DNA of 64,000 nt, taken from contig JAFTFV010000023.1 of the NCBI GenBank assembly GCA_017458265.1, positions 27,916-91,915 on the forward strand, read 5' to 3'. Positions 22,179-31,534 of this stretch are shown piece by piece. Numbering within the stretch: position 1 is the stretch's first letter; every line of letters begins with the position of its first letter. The notes beneath the pieces are model-generated. The model was not told the DNA's origin and ran no database searches. It was given only the letters and a program-made list of their open reading frames with translations. Position numbers and translations under genes: made by a program. This DNA is from Bacteroidales bacterium (lineage in GTDB: Bacteria > Bacteroidota > Bacteroidia > Bacteroidales > UBA932).

Positions 22179-22310
22179 GATACATTCAAACCACCGCTTT
22201 CGCGCACCAGAGGCCGAAAACGGTGGTTTGGCCATGTTTAAATGCCGCCAAACCACCAAAATCGCCCTTCCAGAGCCCAAAGTGGTGGTTTGCGTGTATC
22301 AAAACGGGCA
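22179..22310 (+). mobile_element. MITE/REPIN-like palindromic element, copy 1 (122-bp core plus 10-bp tail)
   Basis: Core GATACATTCAAACCACC...GGTGGTTTGCGTGTATC (22179-22300) with imperfect terminal inverted repeats and two internal AAACCACC/GGTGGTTT hairpins. Confidence 0.8.
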
Positions 22311-22331
22311 CCTGAAGCCGGAAAAGAATAC

Positions 22332-22366
22332 ACCCCCGCGGCGAATTTCACAATCGGCCCGGGGGT
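22332..22366. terminator. Hairpin between convergent genes, possible terminator
   Basis: ACCCCCG...CGGGGGT stem. Confidence 0.45.
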
Positions 22367-22432
22367 TATGTATAGAGTGTATCAATATTTATGTCTGACA
22401 CGTAATATTACGAATACCGTGCCAAACATAAA

Positions 22433-23344
22433 TTATTTTCTGCCTTTTGGATTCCAAAGTCCGTAAACTTCACTTACGTTGCCGGCGGTGATGAAACTGT
22501 GAAGATCGTTGTTGCGGATGTATGCCATGAGGTCAGAGAACTCGTTCTGGGTAAGGAGGACCTGGACTTCCATGGATTTTTCGAGGGTGTATCCGCCGGT
22601 CACTTCATAGAGGGAGCAGCTTCTGCCCAGCTTTTCAATGATGAACCTGCGAATTTGGTCGTAGTCCTTGGATATGATGCATACCCTTTTCCTGCGGTTG
22701 AGGCTGGCGGTGAAGTAGTCAAGCGTAATACCGTTGATCCAGGTACCGATGATGCCGATGACAACAAGCCTGAACGGATTGATTGCGAATGCTGTGCAGC
22801 AGATTACGACTCCGGCGATGCTCACGGAAGTGCCGATGTCGAAATGCAGGTACTTGTTCACGATCTTTGCCAGGATGTCAAGGCCTCCCGTGGATGCATT
22901 TATGTGGAACAGTATGGTCTGCGATGCGCTCAGGATAAGGACGAAGCATATAAGGTCGAACCAGGGATCGTTCATCAGAGATGTCGCTCCGGGTTCCAGG
23001 AGGGTCTCTATGGGGAGTATCTTCTCCCACATGTCGATGAGCGGTCCAAGGATGAGGGCGGTATAGACCGTCTTGGCGCCGAACTCCTTGCCGATGAGAA
23101 GCCATGCCAGCACCAGCAGTATGGCGTTGATGATAACGATTACCTGCGACACCTTGATGCCGATTCCCGCCGCATTGAGAAGGTTGCCGATAACAATGGA
23201 AAGACCGGTAATTGAACCGACCACCAGCTTCGAAGGCATGAGGAAATAGTAAACGGAAGCGGCTGCAATGGCCATACCGCCAGTCATGATGAAGAGCTCC
23301 TTCCAGAACTTCCATGTGCCCAAAATGCGAAGAATATCTTTCAT
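22433..23344 (-). CDS. YitT family membrane protein
   Basis: ASTGGLDILAKI motif; C-terminal DUF2179-like domain (EVTGGYT). Confidence 0.9.
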   Translation of the reverse strand: MKDILRILGTWKFWKELFIMTGGMAIAAASVYYFLMPSKLVVGSITGLSIVIGNLLNAAGIGIKVSQVIVIINAILLVLAWLLIGKEFGAKTVYTALILGPLIDMWEKILPIETLLEPGATSLMNDPWFDLICFVLILSASQTILFHINASTGGLDILAKIVNKYLHFDIGTSVSIAGVVICCTAFAINPFRLVVIGIIGTWINGITLDYFTASLNRRKRVCIISKDYDQIRRFIIEKLGRSCSLYEVTGGYTLEKSMEVQVLLTQNEFSDLMAYIRNNDLHSFITAGNVSEVYGLWNPKGRK

Positions 23345-23466
23345 TGTTTAATGGTTTTAGCCCATAAAGGTAATGATTTTTTCGTTTAGTTGTCTATTTT
23401 TATTAAAATTTGTGAGTTTTCTTCATCGCGGGGGATATGTAAAAAAGAGTTATATTTGCAGATGAT

Positions 23467-24066
23467 ATGACAAAGGCAGTAGTATTTGACATAGGCGGAG
23501 TCCTCATAAACCTCGATACAAAGGCCTGTATCGAAGCTTTTATCGGCAACATGGGCTTTGAGAAGATAACGGAGATTCTGGACCCCTGGCACCAGAAAGG
23601 CATCTTCGGCAGTTTTGAAGAGGGGCTCGTCAGTGCCGATGAATTCCGTTCATGGATACTGGAGCGTTCCCGTCCCGGCTGTAAACCGGAGGACGTGGAC
23701 CACTGCATGTGGACCCTTCTCACCGGAATGGATCCCGCCACAGCTGCCGCAGTCAGGTCCCTCGCGGGCCGATACCCCCTCTACCTCCTTTCCAACAACA
23801 ACCCCATCAGCATGCGGCGCTGTCATGCGCTCCTTGCCGAAAACGGCCTCTCAGATGCTTTCAAAGGCGAATTCATCTCCTACGAGATGAAGATGCTCAA
23901 GCCGTCGGCACAGTTCTACAACGAGGTTGTGAGAAGGCTGGGGCTTGCACCGGAGGAGGTTCTTTTCATTGACGATTCCGTCTCGAACGTGGAAGGCGCA
24001 AAGGCCGTCGGCATCGATGCCAGACTGTTTGTCCCGGGCTCGCCCCTTGCAAACCTGCTTCCGTAG
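23467..24066 (+). CDS. HAD family phosphatase (YihX-like)
   Basis: FDIGGVL motif I, LSNNN, MLKPSAQFY, FIDDSVSNVEGA. Confidence 0.9.
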   Translation: MTKAVVFDIGGVLINLDTKACIEAFIGNMGFEKITEILDPWHQKGIFGSFEEGLVSADEFRSWILERSRPGCKPEDVDHCMWTLLTGMDPATAAAVRSLAGRYPLYLLSNNNPISMRRCHALLAENGLSDAFKGEFISYEMKMLKPSAQFYNEVVRRLGLAPEEVLFIDDSVSNVEGAKAVGIDARLFVPGSPLANLLP

Positions 24067-24069
24067 GAT

Positions 24070-25422
24070 ATGTCGCTGTACTCGTATTTCAGGATAAGCA
24101 AGCCGTCGGATGAGAAAGTGCCGCCGGAGGAAGTGGACGCAACATACAAGCGCCTGCGCAGCCGCACGTTCTGGGGCGTTACTGTCGCGTATACCCTGTA
24201 CTATGTGTGCAGGATGACCCTTGGCGTTGTCAAGCAGCCGCTCATCGACGGCGGTGTCCTCACGGCCGGGCAGCTGGGCGTAATCGGCTCTGCTTTCTAC
24301 TTTGTGTATGCCGCAGGCAAGTTCTGCAATGGTTTTATCGCCGACTACTGCAACATCCGCCGTTTCATGGCCGTTGGAATAGGAGTATCGGCAGTGCTGA
24401 ATCTCCTGCTGGGTGTGCTGGGTATGCTGAACGGGCCGCTGGGATTCGGATCAGTGCTCATGATGGTGTTCTTCGCCGTGCTCTGGGGCGTGAACGGATG
24501 GATGCAGTCCATGGGATCGCCTCCGGGAACGATAAGCCTGTCGCGCTGGTTCCCGCTCTCCAGCCGCGGAACCATGTACAGCATATTCTCATCAACCCCG
24601 CAGCTTGGAAAGGCCGTGTCCATGATTATGACAGGCTTCATCGTTGCTGCGGCGGGCTGGCAGTGGGGCTTCCTTGCCGCCGCCGTTGCCGGGTTTATAG
24701 GCCTTGCCGTGTCGCTGGTTTTCATCTTTGACACGCCGGAAAGCCAGGGCCTGCCATCTGTGCAGGAACTCTCCGGAGAGCCCGTGAGGGAGATGGACAA
24801 AAAGCCCACCAAGGAGCTTCAGAAATGGGTGTTCAAACACCCCGGAATATGGGTTATAGCCATCTCTACGGCGTTTTTGTACATAACCCAGCATGCGGTG
24901 AGCGACTGGGGCGTACTCTTCCTCCAGAAGCAGAAGGACTTCTCCCTTGAGAAGGCCACTCAGGTAATAGGTCTTGCCGAAATCTTCGGCGTTGCGGGCA
25001 ATCTTGCAGCAGGATGGATGTCCGACGTGCTGTTCAAGGGCAACCGTTCAAGGCCCGTGGTCATTGCCGGCATACTTGCCATCCTCTCCCTTGCCGGATT
25101 CCTGTTCATGGGAGGCGGCTACTGGGCCAACATGGCGTTCGTGGCACTGTTCAGCATGTCATTCAGCGTGGTGTTCTGCATAGTTGCCGGCCTCATGGCG
25201 CTGGACTTCGTCCCGCGCAAGGCAACCGGTGCCGCACTTGGCATCGTAGGTATCTCCAGTTATGCCGCAGCCGGCCTCCAGAGCATGGTTTCAGGCTTTC
25301 TCATCGGCGGCTACTCTGCCGGTGACGTCTACAATTTCACTCCTGTATCCGTCTTCTGGATCATCGCCTGCCTCCTGGCCTTCACACTTCCGGTCATCGG
25401 CTGGAAATATCTGAGAAAATAA
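24070..25422 (+). CDS. MFS organophosphate:Pi antiporter (GlpT/UhpT family)
   Basis: YTLYYVCRMTL, NGWMQSMGSPP, WFPLSSRGT, SDWGVLFL. Confidence 0.88.
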   Translation: MSLYSYFRISKPSDEKVPPEEVDATYKRLRSRTFWGVTVAYTLYYVCRMTLGVVKQPLIDGGVLTAGQLGVIGSAFYFVYAAGKFCNGFIADYCNIRRFMAVGIGVSAVLNLLLGVLGMLNGPLGFGSVLMMVFFAVLWGVNGWMQSMGSPPGTISLSRWFPLSSRGTMYSIFSSTPQLGKAVSMIMTGFIVAAAGWQWGFLAAAVAGFIGLAVSLVFIFDTPESQGLPSVQELSGEPVREMDKKPTKELQKWVFKHPGIWVIAISTAFLYITQHAVSDWGVLFLQKQKDFSLEKATQVIGLAEIFGVAGNLAAGWMSDVLFKGNRSRPVVIAGILAILSLAGFLFMGGGYWANMAFVALFSMSFSVVFCIVAGLMALDFVPRKATGAALGIVGISSYAAAGLQSMVSGFLIGGYSAGDVYNFTPVSVFWIIACLLAFTLPVIGWKYLRK

Positions 25423-25434
25423 GCCCTCCGGCGT

Positions 25435-25566
25435 TGCCTGTTTTGATACACGCAAACCACCACTTTGGGCTCTGGAAAGGCGATTTTGGTGGTTTGGCGG
25501 CATTTAAACATGGCCAAACCACCGTTTTCGGCCTCTGGTGCGCGAAAGCGGTGGTTTGAATGTATC
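25435..25566 (-). mobile_element. MITE/REPIN-like palindromic element, copy 2 (inverted)
   Basis: The reverse complement of 25445-25566 matches 22179-22300 at 121 of 122 positions by manual comparison. Confidence 0.8.
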
Positions 25567-25569
25567 CAA

Positions 25570-27000
25570 CTACTGCCTGAAGCCACCGAAGAAGGGAAGT
25601 GACCAGGAGCGAAGCGAGAGATACCCAGTGCGTATGGCAAGGTGCATGAAGTAGGCGGCCATGAGGATATGGATGGCGGTTTCCGGTGTTGCAGAGCCGG
25701 TGGTGCCGGAAGCTGTACTGCCGGCCAGCGCTATGCCGATGAACCATACGGCAAAAAAGCCTACGGCGCAGAGGAGTGTGGAATTGCGCAGGTCCCGGCT
25801 TGCCGTTGCACCTATATAGATTCCGTCCCAGATGAAGGCGGGGCAACCGATAAGCGGCATCAGAAGCAGCCATGGAATGAACTGCCTTCCTGCATCGATC
25901 ACGGCCTGGTCCGATGTCATGAGGCCGAACAGCGCCCTCCCGCCAAGACCGTACACCAGCATGAACAGCGCGGTGACGCCAAGCCCCCAGAGGAAAGTCT
26001 GCCGCACAGTGGAGCGGACGCCGTCCCGGGACTTCTCGCCGATGAATCTTCCCGTGAGCGCCTCCCCGGCGTATGCAAATCCGTCTGTGAAGTAGCTGAA
26101 TATCATCAGCAGTTTCATGAGTATGGTGCTCACCGCCAGCATCAGGTCTCCGTACCTCGCGCTTATTACTGTAAAGCCGATATATACCGCAATCATCCCC
26201 ACCGACCGCAGAAACAGGTCCCGGTTCATCCTGAAGAACCCATCTCCGCCGGAAAAACGGCCGATTATCCGTCCGTGCGGCGGGAAGCACTGCCGGTAGC
26301 GGCGCAGCACGGCCGCCGTGCAGTACAGGAATCCGCTCCACTGGGCAATCACGGTGCCGATGGCGATTCCCCTGAACCCCAGCGGCGTCAGGGTTGCCAG
26401 CACTATGGACAGGACGATGTTGAGGAAGTTCACGAGTATATCGGCAGTCATGGGCCTCACGGAATCCTGCATACCGATGAACCATCCCTTGAAAGCGAAG
26501 AGCGAAAGCGTTGCCGGAGCCGCCCAGATTCGGATGTAGAAGTACTGCGATGCCAGATCACGCACCTCGGGAGAGCACTTCACCACCAGGAAAGCCCCCT
26601 GCACCACCAGCCACTGCACCAGTATAAGCGCCAGCCCCGACAGCAGGGCAATCCTCAGCGCCCGGAGGAGGATGGCACCGAGGGGAGATTCCTCGACTTC
26701 GCTCGGAATGACAGAGACTTCGCTCGGAATGACAGAAAGGTCGCTCGGAATGACAGACGTGGCTTTTCCGTAGGCTTGGGCGGTTAATCCGCCCGTGCCG
26801 GCACGGAGGAAGGCGAAGTTCCAGTAAAGAAGGTCGAAGAGCATCGTCCCAACTGAGATGCCGCCAATGAGCGCTGCCGATGAAAAATCTGCCGCCAGAT
26901 GCCCTGCAACGGCAATGTCCACCATGCCCACAAGCGGCACGGTGATGTTTGCCAGGATGGAGGGAACGGCAAGGCGGAGGATTTCCTTATGCAGTTTCAT
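25570..27000 (-). CDS. MATE family efflux transporter (DinF-like) with an in-frame repeat insertion
   Basis: LAVPSILANITVPLVGMVD, FLRAGTGGLTAQAYG, FTDGFAYAGEAL. Confidence 0.92.
   Translation of the reverse strand: MKLHKEILRLAVPSILANITVPLVGMVDIAVAGHLAADFSSAALIGGISVGTMLFDLLYWNFAFLRAGTGGLTAQAYGKATSVIPSDLSVIPSEVSVIPSEVEESPLGAILLRALRIALLSGLALILVQWLVVQGAFLVVKCSPEVRDLASQYFYIRIWAAPATLSLFAFKGWFIGMQDSVRPMTADILVNFLNIVLSIVLATLTPLGFRGIAIGTVIAQWSGFLYCTAAVLRRYRQCFPPHGRIIGRFSGGDGFFRMNRDLFLRSVGMIAVYIGFTVISARYGDLMLAVSTILMKLLMIFSYFTDGFAYAGEALTGRFIGEKSRDGVRSTVRQTFLWGLGVTALFMLVYGLGGRALFGLMTSDQAVIDAGRQFIPWLLLMPLIGCPAFIWDGIYIGATASRDLRNSTLLCAVGFFAVWFIGIALAGSTASGTTGSATPETAIHILMAAYFMHLAIRTGYLSLRSWSLPFFGGFRQ
26685..26755 (-). 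repeat. TGTC-tagged repeat, copy 3, with two extra 21-nt half-units, in frame in the MATE gene
   Basis: GAGATTCCTCGACTTCGCTCGGAATGACA + GAGACTTCGCTCGGAATGACA + GAAAGGTCGCTCGGAATGACA; peptide SVIPSDL-SVIPSEV-SVIPSEV-EESP. Confidence 0.9.
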
Positions 27001-27002
27001 GT

Positions 27003-27031
27003 GAGATTTCTCGACTTCGCTCGAAATGACA
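27003..27031 (-). repeat. TGTC-tagged repeat, copy 4
   Basis: GAGATTTCTCGACTTCGCTCGAAATGACA between the rsgA stop and the MATE ATG (2 nt from the ATG). Confidence 0.88.
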
Positions 27032-27036
27032 AAAAA

Positions 27037-27993
27037 TCAACGGAATTTTTTGTCTTCTTCGAGCATTCCAAGGTAGGAGTTGTAGCGCTCGGGGGCTATG
27101 TCGCCGGCGTCCAGTGCGGCCTTGACGGCGCAGCCGGGCTCGTGGGTGTGGGTGCAGGGGGTGAAGCGGCAGCCCTCCGAAACACGCAGCATCTCGGGGA
27201 AGTAACGCGCAATCTCCTCCTTCTCTACATCCACAAGGCCGAAGCCCCTGATGCCGGGGGAGTCGATGACATAACCGCCCGAAGCCAGGGGGTACATCTC
27301 GTACAGCGATGTAGTATGTTTGCCCTGGAGATGTGCAAGTGATATTTCTCCGATCTTGGGATCGAGGGAAGGGTCAAGAGCCTTGATGAGCGAAGACTTC
27401 CCAACGCCGGATTCGCCCGAGAACAGGTTCACGCAGCCGTCACATGCGGCGCGTATCTCATCCATGCCCTCTCCGGTCTTGACGGAAGTCTCTATGACAG
27501 GATAGCCTGCTCCTTCATATATTTCACGGAAACGGGCAATCTGCTCCGGCGCAACGTCCCTGTAGAGGTCTGTCTTTGAGAGGACGATGGTGGCCGGAAT
27601 GCCGTAAAGCTCGCATGTCACGAGGATTCGGTCCAGGAAGGGGAGTTTCACCTCCGGAAACAGCAGGGATACAATGAGATATGCCCTGTCTACGTTAGCG
27701 GCAATGATATGGGCCTGACGTGACAGGTTGGTGGAACGCCTTATGACGTAATTCTTTCTTGGAAGAATCTCAGTTATGACGGCCATCTCGTTCTGAGGCC
27801 CGTCAGGGCCGGGAGAATCGCCTTCCCACTCATACCTTACCCTGTCTCCAACGGCGATGGGGTTGGTGATTTCACTTGCCTTGAGGCGGATTTTACCCCT
27901 CAGGACTGCGGGAAAGACATCCCATGAAGGGAGTGCAGACAGCAGATAATGGCTGCCTGCATTCTTCACTACGGTTGCTTCGGGAAGGCTCAT
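27037..27993 (-). CDS. rsgA: Ribosome small subunit-dependent GTPase A
   Basis: GESGVGKSSL, GKHTT, DSPGIRGF, CRFTPCTHTHEPGCAV zinc finger. Confidence 0.96.
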   Translation of the reverse strand: MSLPEATVVKNAGSHYLLSALPSWDVFPAVLRGKIRLKASEITNPIAVGDRVRYEWEGDSPGPDGPQNEMAVITEILPRKNYVIRRSTNLSRQAHIIAANVDRAYLIVSLLFPEVKLPFLDRILVTCELYGIPATIVLSKTDLYRDVAPEQIARFREIYEGAGYPVIETSVKTGEGMDEIRAACDGCVNLFSGESGVGKSSLIKALDPSLDPKIGEISLAHLQGKHTTSLYEMYPLASGGYVIDSPGIRGFGLVDVEKEEIARYFPEMLRVSEGCRFTPCTHTHEPGCAVKAALDAGDIAPERYNSYLGMLEEDKKFR

Positions 27994-30419
27994 AGGCCGC
28001 ATCCGGCGTTCTCTGCGAGAGAACGGATATGGGCGTTCAGGCTGTCGTTGCCGATAAGGCTTTCCAGCGTGCAGTGCAGGCGGTAACGCCAGTAGTGGCG
28101 GGGAATTGCCGGGATGTTGATGCGTTCATCGGCAGGATTGCCCTGGTAGCGCACGTCGCCGTCCGTTGCAAGGTAGTCCTGCAGGGGCAGGATGGAAAGC
28201 ATGGCGGGCGATTTCATGTGGGCCTGAACTATCATATCGGCAACCCAGGGTTCGCAGAAATAGGGGGCGTCGCCGCTCTGGTGAAGGACCTCATTGTAGT
28301 AGCGCTGGGTGAGGGCACGGTCCTCTTCCCACCATGCGCGGAGGGGAGATGTGTCGTGCGTGCCGGTTGCGCATACGCACCAGTACGGGTAGTTTTCCGT
28401 GTGGCCGAATGCCTCCCGGGGGTCTTTTGGCATCCTCTGGATTTCCAGGGAGAGGACGTTGAGGTCTGCCATTACGGATGCCACGCAGCCGGGTATCATG
28501 CCAAGGTCTTCGCCGCAGGCAAGCATGCCGGTGGAACGCAGCAGGACAGGAAGTTTCTTCATGGCGGTTTCGCGCCAGAAGTCGTCATGCCTGTGCCAGA
28601 AGAAGTCCTCTGAAAGGCGGTTGTAGCGGTCTTTCAGCTCCCAGCTGAGGGATGCGTAGACCGATGTCTTTTCTCCGCTGATACGCGGGTGCCAGTAGCC
28701 CTTGCGGCGGGGATCCTCCACGAAGAGGACATCCGTTCCGGAGCCCTGGTGAGGGTCGAAGCCCTGGCCGCGGAGTTCGTCTTCAGAGTACGGCAGGGCG
28801 GGGGAGAAATGCCCCAGCAGGCCGCTCTTGTGCGGTACGGGAATCTCCCAGATGCGGAAGAATCCAAGGATATGGTCGATGCGGAAGGCGTCGAAATACT
28901 CTGCCATCTTGCCCATCCTGGCTCTCCACCAGGCGTAGCCGTCCTTTGCCATCTCTTCCCAGTTGTAGGTGGGGAAGCCCCAGTTCTGGCCGTCTTCGGC
29001 AAAGGCATCCGGCGGTGCTCCGGCCTGGCTGTCCATGTGGAAGAGTTCGGGGTGCTGCCAGGCATCGGCACTTACGCGGGAAACGCCGATGGGAAGGTCT
29101 CCCTTGATGGCGACTCCGTGAACGTGGGCGTAATGGACGGCGTCGCGGAGCTGCTCGTCCAGAACGAACTGGAGGTAGCAGTAGAAGCCAACCTCGGAGG
29201 CGTGTTCATCGGCAAAGGCCTTCACGGCGGGAGCCTTGTATGCCCGGAGGGTTTTCCAGGTGCTGAAATCCGGCGTTCCGTAGATGTCCCTGAGGACGCT
29301 GAAAACGGCATAAGGCAGTAGCCAGGAGCTGTTTTTGGCAACGAACTCCTTATACTCTGCCGATGCGAGGACTTTCTCTCCTTTTGCACCATTGTACAGC
29401 TTGCGGAGGTATTCCAGCTTGCAGGAGTTGACGGCTTCGTAGTCCTCTGCGTGGAGGGCTTCAAGTTCGGCCTGTTTTGCCTTGTATGCGGCATCCTTGC
29501 GCACGCCGGCGGCGGGAAGGTTGATGAACTGCGGATGCAGGGCGAAGGAGCTCACCGCGTTGTACGGATAGGAGTCCTGCCAGCTGTGGGTCATGGTGGT
29601 GTCGTTGATTGGGAGGAGCTGGATGATGTTCTGTCCGGCTTTCACGGCCCAGTCCACGAGCTTTTTGATGTCGTTGAATTCACCCACTCCGAAGCTGTCC
29701 TCCGTCTTGAGTGAGAACACGGGGACGGCCACTCCGGCACCTCTCCACGGAACGGTGGGGAAGGTGGGGGCGAGGTCTGCGATGACCAGCTTCTCTCCCT
29801 TGGGAGGGACCTCGGCAAAGAAATGGTTGGGGCCGTCTTCCCAGTGGCGGATTTCGAGGGTCTTGCTGTCTGCGATGACGAACTTGTATTCGACGGGTTC
29901 GTCAAGGTTCAGCGAGACGGACCACCAGGGGGCGCGGGCGTCTGAAAGAAGGATGACCTTGTCCCAGTTCCCCAGTACCTTGCCTGTTCCCACTATGCCC
30001 ACGGATTCATTGCTTCTGACCTCCGGGGCGGGGATTTCGAAGGTTACATTACCCTCTGCCGATGTTTCCGTGCGGGGATTCCTGAAGGAGGCGCCGTCCG
30101 GGCGGCGGAAGATGACGTCGCTGAATGCGCTGCTGTAGAAGGCCGAATTCGAGGGGCGCTCGTTCCAGCGGTTCCTGACGACGACAAGTCCCTTCCCGGT
30201 AACGTTGAGGCTGTGGTTCCTCCACTCCTTGCGGACGACGGCTCCGTCCCTGACGATTTCGAAGCCGTATCTGTCTCCGGCGTGGATGTCGCGCCCGGTG
30301 AGCATGATTTGCCAGAGGCCTCCGAAGGAGTATTCCATGGGAATCCTGCGCCTGCCCAGAACGAGTCTCACGCTCTCTCCCCAATTAGTATGGTAATGAA
30401 GTTGGATGTTGATGGTCAT
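27990..30419 (-). CDS. malQ: 4-alpha-glucanotransferase GH77 with N-terminal CBM20-like domains (DPE2-like)
   Basis: WRGAGVAVPVFSL, QLLPINDT, IKGDLPIGV, FRIDHILGFFRIW, GEDLG, THD. Confidence 0.92.
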   Translation of the reverse strand: MTINIQLHYHTNWGESVRLVLGRRRIPMEYSFGGLWQIMLTGRDIHAGDRYGFEIVRDGAVVRKEWRNHSLNVTGKGLVVVRNRWNERPSNSAFYSSAFSDVIFRRPDGASFRNPRTETSAEGNVTFEIPAPEVRSNESVGIVGTGKVLGNWDKVILLSDARAPWWSVSLNLDEPVEYKFVIADSKTLEIRHWEDGPNHFFAEVPPKGEKLVIADLAPTFPTVPWRGAGVAVPVFSLKTEDSFGVGEFNDIKKLVDWAVKAGQNIIQLLPINDTTMTHSWQDSYPYNAVSSFALHPQFINLPAAGVRKDAAYKAKQAELEALHAEDYEAVNSCKLEYLRKLYNGAKGEKVLASAEYKEFVAKNSSWLLPYAVFSVLRDIYGTPDFSTWKTLRAYKAPAVKAFADEHASEVGFYCYLQFVLDEQLRDAVHYAHVHGVAIKGDLPIGVSRVSADAWQHPELFHMDSQAGAPPDAFAEDGQNWGFPTYNWEEMAKDGYAWWRARMGKMAEYFDAFRIDHILGFFRIWEIPVPHKSGLLGHFSPALPYSEDELRGQGFDPHQGSGTDVLFVEDPRRKGYWHPRISGEKTSVYASLSWELKDRYNRLSEDFFWHRHDDFWRETAMKKLPVLLRSTGMLACGEDLGMIPGCVASVMADLNVLSLEIQRMPKDPREAFGHTENYPYWCVCATGTHDTSPLRAWWEEDRALTQRYYNEVLHQSGDAPYFCEPWVADMIVQAHMKSPAMLSILPLQDYLATDGDVRYQGNPADERINIPAIPRHYWRYRLHCTLESLIGNDSLNAHIRSLAENAGCGL

Positions 30420-30437
30420 AGTTTATGTTTTAACTCT

Positions 30438-30465
30438 CAAAGTTACTAAAAAAAGCGTAACTTTG
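30438..30465. promoter_or_regulatory. Divergent -7 promoter pair (malQ / SUI1 operon)
   Basis: CAAAGTTA at 30438-30445 (TAACTTTG on minus) and TAACTTTG at 30458-30465. Confidence 0.6.
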
Positions 30466-30472
30466 CAGAACT

Positions 30473-30817
30473 ATGGCAGAAAATGATTGGAAATCAAGGC
30501 TGGGCGTGGTCTACTCCACTAACCCTGACTTTCAGTACGCTACGGAAAGCTCCGCAGAGGAAGAAACCCTTCCCCCGGCAAGGCAGCGCCTTATCGTTGG
30601 AATAGACCGCCGCAACCGCGGCGGCAAGCAGGTGACGCTCGTGAGCGGCTTCGTGGGTTCGCAGGAAGATTTGAAGGAACTTGCCCGCACCCTGAAGACG
30701 CGTCTCGGGGTTGGCGGCGGTGCCAAGGACGGCGAAATCACCGTCCAGGGAGACTTCCGTGACAAAGTGGTTGCCATACTCAAGGAACTGGGTTACAACG
30801 CGAAAAGGGGAAACTAA
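30473..30817 (+). CDS. yciH: SUI1/YciH translation initiation factor homolog
   Basis: RGGKQVTLVSGF and GGGAKDGEITVQGD. Confidence 0.9.
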   Translation: MAENDWKSRLGVVYSTNPDFQYATESSAEEETLPPARQRLIVGIDRRNRGGKQVTLVSGFVGSQEDLKELARTLKTRLGVGGGAKDGEITVQGDFRDKVVAILKELGYNAKRGN

Positions 30818-31516
30818 ATGGACGCATTCAGGCTGGGAGAACTGCTGCTGGGGACAGCCCCGGGCGGTGCCGGTGAGGTATCGGCACAGGGGAGTCCTCT
30901 GTCCGTGAGTATCCTGTCCGTGCTGTTCGTGCTCCTGATGATAGTGCTTCTGAGGAGTTTCGTCCACCTCATTCCCTTCATTGCCGACAGCCTCCTCCGT
31001 GCCCGCGGCAGCGTTGCCCTCGAAAGCAGCGTCCGCGTCTCCAGGGACCGCAACATGGTTGCCCTTGTGGTGTTCCTGCCGATGCTCCTTCTCTCCTGGC
31101 GCTACCGTCTCTACAACCCCTCCTTCCTTGCCGATGCCATTCCGGACGTCCGCATGGGCCTCATCGCGGCGGTTTTTACGGGGTATGTTCTCCTGAGACT
31201 CCTGATCTACCGCATGCTTAAACCGCGTCGGCGTTACGAGCAGTACCAGACTGCCCATTACGCCACTTTCACCTTCTTCATTCTGCTCGTGATTCTGCTT
31301 CTGTTCACGGCGGGCATGATGTATATTTTTAAGGCATCTGACAGCACTATACGCTTGATTCTGTATGCCGAGATGGCCTTTGTATACCTGATGTTCCTGT
31401 TTCGCAAAGCACAAATTTTGTCGCTGTCTTGCAATCATTTGAGAACTTTTTTGTACCTTTGCGGGCTCGAAATCCTGCCCAGTGCGGCACTGGTTGTTTC
31501 GGCAGTACTGTTGTAA
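30818..31516 (+). CDS. DUF4271-like membrane protein
   Basis: Multi-TM protein ending FLYLCGLEILP, in its usual position upstream of hemD. Confidence 0.7.
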   Translation: MDAFRLGELLLGTAPGGAGEVSAQGSPLSVSILSVLFVLLMIVLLRSFVHLIPFIADSLLRARGSVALESSVRVSRDRNMVALVVFLPMLLLSWRYRLYNPSFLADAIPDVRMGLIAAVFTGYVLLRLLIYRMLKPRRRYEQYQTAHYATFTFFILLVILLLFTAGMMYIFKASDSTIRLILYAEMAFVYLMFLFRKAQILSLSCNHLRTFLYLCGLEILPSAALVVSAVLL

Positions 31517-31534
31517 GACGCGAGTTACAGAAAA

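Noticed and set aside
22170-25575. Classical composite transposon with target-site duplication
   Set aside because: The outer flanks (CAAGATTT and CAACTACT) show no direct repeat and no transposase is enclosed; kept only as an inverted element pair
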